NCBI RefSeq assembly: GCF_963921235.1
Contig: NC_086107.1
Span: forward strand, 111,230,001-111,294,000
DNA: 64,000 nt
Origin: Mobula hypostoma
Lineage: Eukaryota
Reading direction: 5' to 3'
Under the pieces are notes generated by a model. The model did not search any database. It saw only the letters and a program-made list of their open reading frames with translations, and had not been told where the DNA came from. Of the stretch, positions 60,831 to 64,000 are shown piece after piece (position 1 is the first letter of the stretch; each line of letters begins with the position of its first letter). The position numbers were made by a program, and so were the translations under genes.

Positions 60831-61389
60831 CTATCTAATGTATGTAACTTAAGAGTTATTTTTTTATGTCTTGCACTTTTACTGTTGCCACAAAACAAGA
60901 AATTTTCCACCATTTGTCCGTGGTAATAAATCTGATTTTGATTCTGAATGAGTCAGTCTAGGACCAGGGCCTTGGTTCTTGGAAGAGGGCGTCCGCCTGA
61001 GAACCAGAGGCCTTCACCTGGGATTTAAGCCTTGGCCTTAGTAGGCTTGGAGATCTGGGAATCAGGCCACAGCTTGGCTACTCCCCCCTGCTGAATCCCA
61101 GGATGAGAGCTGGAGCAGTTCCTCGGAATGCTGTCTGACTCATTGAGCAGAGCCGAGAAAAACAGGAGTTTACCGAGTCATCCATGGTACAACCCTTTTT
61201 TTAGTCATTACTTAGTCATCTCCAGATGAAGAAGCCTGTGTCTTTTGTGGCCAGATGGTTGGCAGTACTCCTAGCTGGATGGTGAATCAACCATTTGCCT
61301 ATGTCTGGTGTGGGGACAAATGGTGGCTACTTTACAAATGATCTTTATACCACGCAGATATAATGTTTGTGAGAATGACAGCGTACAAG

Positions 61390-62165
61390 AAATTTAATGC
61401 AGACAAATGTGAGGTGTTGCACTTTGGTAGGACCAACCAGAGTAGATCTTAAATAGGGAACGGTAGGGCACTGAAGAGTGCGGTGGAACAAAGGGATCTG
61501 GGAATACAGGTCCATAATTCATTGAAGGTGGCATCACAGGTAAATAGGGTCGTAAAGAAAGCTTTTGGCACGTTGGCCTTCTGAGTCAATGTATTGAGTA
61601 CAGGAGATGGGAGGTTATGTTGAAGTTTTATAGAATGTTGCTGAGGCCAAATTTGGAGTACTGAATGCAATTTTGATCACCTCCTACAGCAAAGATGTAA
61701 ATAAGGTTGAAAGAGGGCAGAGAAAATTTACAAGGATGTTGCCGAGTCTGGAAGACCTGAGTTGTCAGGAAAGATTGAATAAGTTAGGACTTTATTCCCT
61801 GGAATTTAGAGGATTGAGGTGAGACTTGATAGAGGTATACAAAATTACGAGGGGTAAATGCAAGCAGGCTTTTTCCACTGAGGTTGGGTGGAGCTACTAC
61901 TAAAGGTCATGGGTTAAGGGCGGAAGGTGAAAAGGTGAGGGGAAACTTCCTCACTCAGAGGGTCATGAGAGTGTGGAACGAGCTGCCAGCCCAAGTTGTG
62001 CATGTGAGCTGATTTCAACGATTAAGAGAAGTTTGGTTAAGTACATCGATGGTAGGGGAGTGGAGGGCTATGGTCCCAGAACAGGTCATTGGGAGTAGGC
62101 AGTTAAAATGGCTTAGTATGGACTAGATGGGCCAAAGGGCCTGTTTCTGTGCTGTACTTTTCTAT
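61390..62165 (+). mobile_element. CR1 LINE RT C-terminal fragment
   Basis: FNADKCEVLHFGRTNQ...RDLGIQVHNSLKVASQV and a typical 3' end. Confidence 0.85.
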
Positions 62166-63530
62166 GCCTGTAAGGCTCAATCTTCTCAGTGCAGGGAATG
62201 TTCACTAAATAATCAGAATCAAGATTATTATCGCTGCCTTATATAACATGAAATTTGTTGTTTTGCACCAACAAAGGCATAAAATTAATATAAATTACAA
62301 AATAAATAAGTAATGCAACATTAAAAAGCAATAGCGAAATAGCGTTCATGGGCTCATGGTGATTGCGGAATCTAATGGAGGGGGGAAGAAGCTCTTTCCT
62401 GAATCGTTCACCATTTCTCAACCTCGTCTGGGAGGGACGCTGTGGCTGGGGTATGGTTGTCCATGGATGATTGTGGGAGGGGAGTTTGGTTCAGGACACC
62501 TGATTCAGGTCACCTTGCCTGTGTTGCTTGCTAATGCTGGTGTCATCAGAACATGCGTGCATGGTCAACTGAAACTGCTGGTTAAGGCCGTCACCCCTAC
62601 TGGGGCATAGGCTGCGGACAGCAGCTCACCCGAGTCCCCGGTCCTGGGCCAGTCTTTCCAGTTGTCCCCAGGTGTAGCCCATCCTCGAAGACCCTTCCTC
62701 ATCCAGGGATGAGGTCTTTGGAACTTCTGTTGGTGTTCCTGTAACTCCAGGTTTTAATGGGATGGGGTCGAAAGCCTCGTGCCCAACCCTCCCCCTTTCA
62801 CAGCCGGGCTGGGGACTGACCCTGGTGGAGTGTAGATGACACACTGCCCAGCATCTTTATGAGGGGACACTTAGACACTGCAGATGCTGGCATTCGGGTC
62901 AACAAACAATTTGCTGGAAGAGCTTAGCGGGATGACCAGCGTCTGTGGGATGATGTGGAGTTTTGACCCAAAACGTTGATAGTTCCTTTCCTTCCCGCAG
63001 ATGCTGCTGATTTCCTCCAGCAGATTGCCTGTTGGCTCCGGCACCTCAAGTACAAATTTATTGTTACGCATGTATACCGCCAAATGAGACAACGTTCCTC
63101 TGGACCAAGGTACACAGCACAGTACATATAACTCACATAGATTACACGTAAAGTAATATTACCACTAATAATAAGGAGCATTTACGACACAAGGAAAAAG
63201 TAAACAGTATAACGTTACTGGCACTTCCTACGTGATGAGACCTGGGTGGTGGCAGGGAGTTCAACGGTTTTACAGCCGGGTGGGGTGATGGGGAAGAAGC
63301 TGTTTCCCATCCTTACAGTTCTTGTCCAAATGCACCTTTGAGTGTTGTTGCAGTTTGTGTTCACCGTCGTCTCCCTGCCTGTTTAGGCTCCTGGTGTGTC
63401 ACTCTCTCATCCCCAACAAACACCACAGTCGATGTTCCAGGCTAGTGGTTCTCCTGTTTTTATTTCAGATTTCCGGCATCTGCAGATTCTTTTTTGATTT
63501 TTAGCTCAGGGAGCTGTGTGAATTGGGTAT

Positions 63531-63565
63531 CTGGTGCCACCTAGTGACTAGTATCTATACTGCAG
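63531..63565 (-). promoter_or_regulatory. CTCF binding motif with upstream motif
   Basis: Minus strand: CTGCAGTA-TAGATAC-TAGTCACTAGGTGGCACCAG. Confidence 0.55.
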
Positions 63566-63599
63566 GTACACTGTGGAGCCAGACTTTCTTGATGATACG

Positions 63600-64000
63600 T
63601 AGGACATAGAACATTACAGCTCAGAACAGGCCCTTCAGCCCACAATGTTGTGCTGACCTGTTAACCTACTCTAAGATCAATTTAACCCTTCCCTCCCACA
63701 TAGGCTTTTTCTTTCATCAATGTACCTAAGTCTCTTAAATGTCTCTAATGTATCCGTCTCTACCACCACCACTGGCAGTGTAAAGAACTTTTCTCTGACA
63801 TCCCCCCTATCCTTTCCTCCATTCACTTTAAAATGATGCCTCTTCATATTAACCACATCTGTCCTGGGAAAAGAGCCTCTGGCTGTCCACTCTATCAATG
63901 TCTCTTATCATCTTGTACAGACCGATCAAGTCACCACTCATCCTACTTTGCTCCAAAGGGGGAAGCCCTAGCTTGCTCAATGTATCCTCCTAAGACATGC
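63600..64000 (-). mobile_element. CR1 LINE 3' fragment
   Basis: Reverse complement resembles GDLIxxYKMIRxIDRVDSQRLFPR. Confidence 0.8.

Overview
Vertebrate nuclear DNA, very likely from a cartilaginous fish (elasmobranch, probably a ray). This is inferred from the repeat content: abundant CR1/HER1-type LINE pieces, Rex/Babar LINE 3' ends, HE1-like V-SINEs and Penelope-like elements. I find no host protein-coding sequence that I can support. The window looks like ~63 kb of repeat-dense DNA upstream of a gene: a CpG island and an apparently non-coding first exon lie on the minus strand at ~165-1330, and the gene runs off the left edge. All long ORFs are retrotransposon or transposase fragments or simple-repeat artefacts. 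The most notable signal is RNA structure. At least 8 recognisable minimal type-I hammerhead ribozyme motifs (CAGTC-CTGANGA-A-stem II-GAAA-CG-TY-GACTG), plus further decayed copies, sit in Penelope-like repeats, some as inverted or tandem pairs. Other highlights are a hAT-like non-autonomous element that keeps a BED-like zinc-finger first exon with a splice donor, a three-level transposon nest, a 1-kb minisatellite born inside a CR1 LINE, modular SINE shuffling, an orphan CCAAT/GC-box promoter-like cluster and a CTCF site with its upstream motif. Family assignments come from motif recognition by eye, and boundaries are approximate unless a TSD or TIR is quoted.
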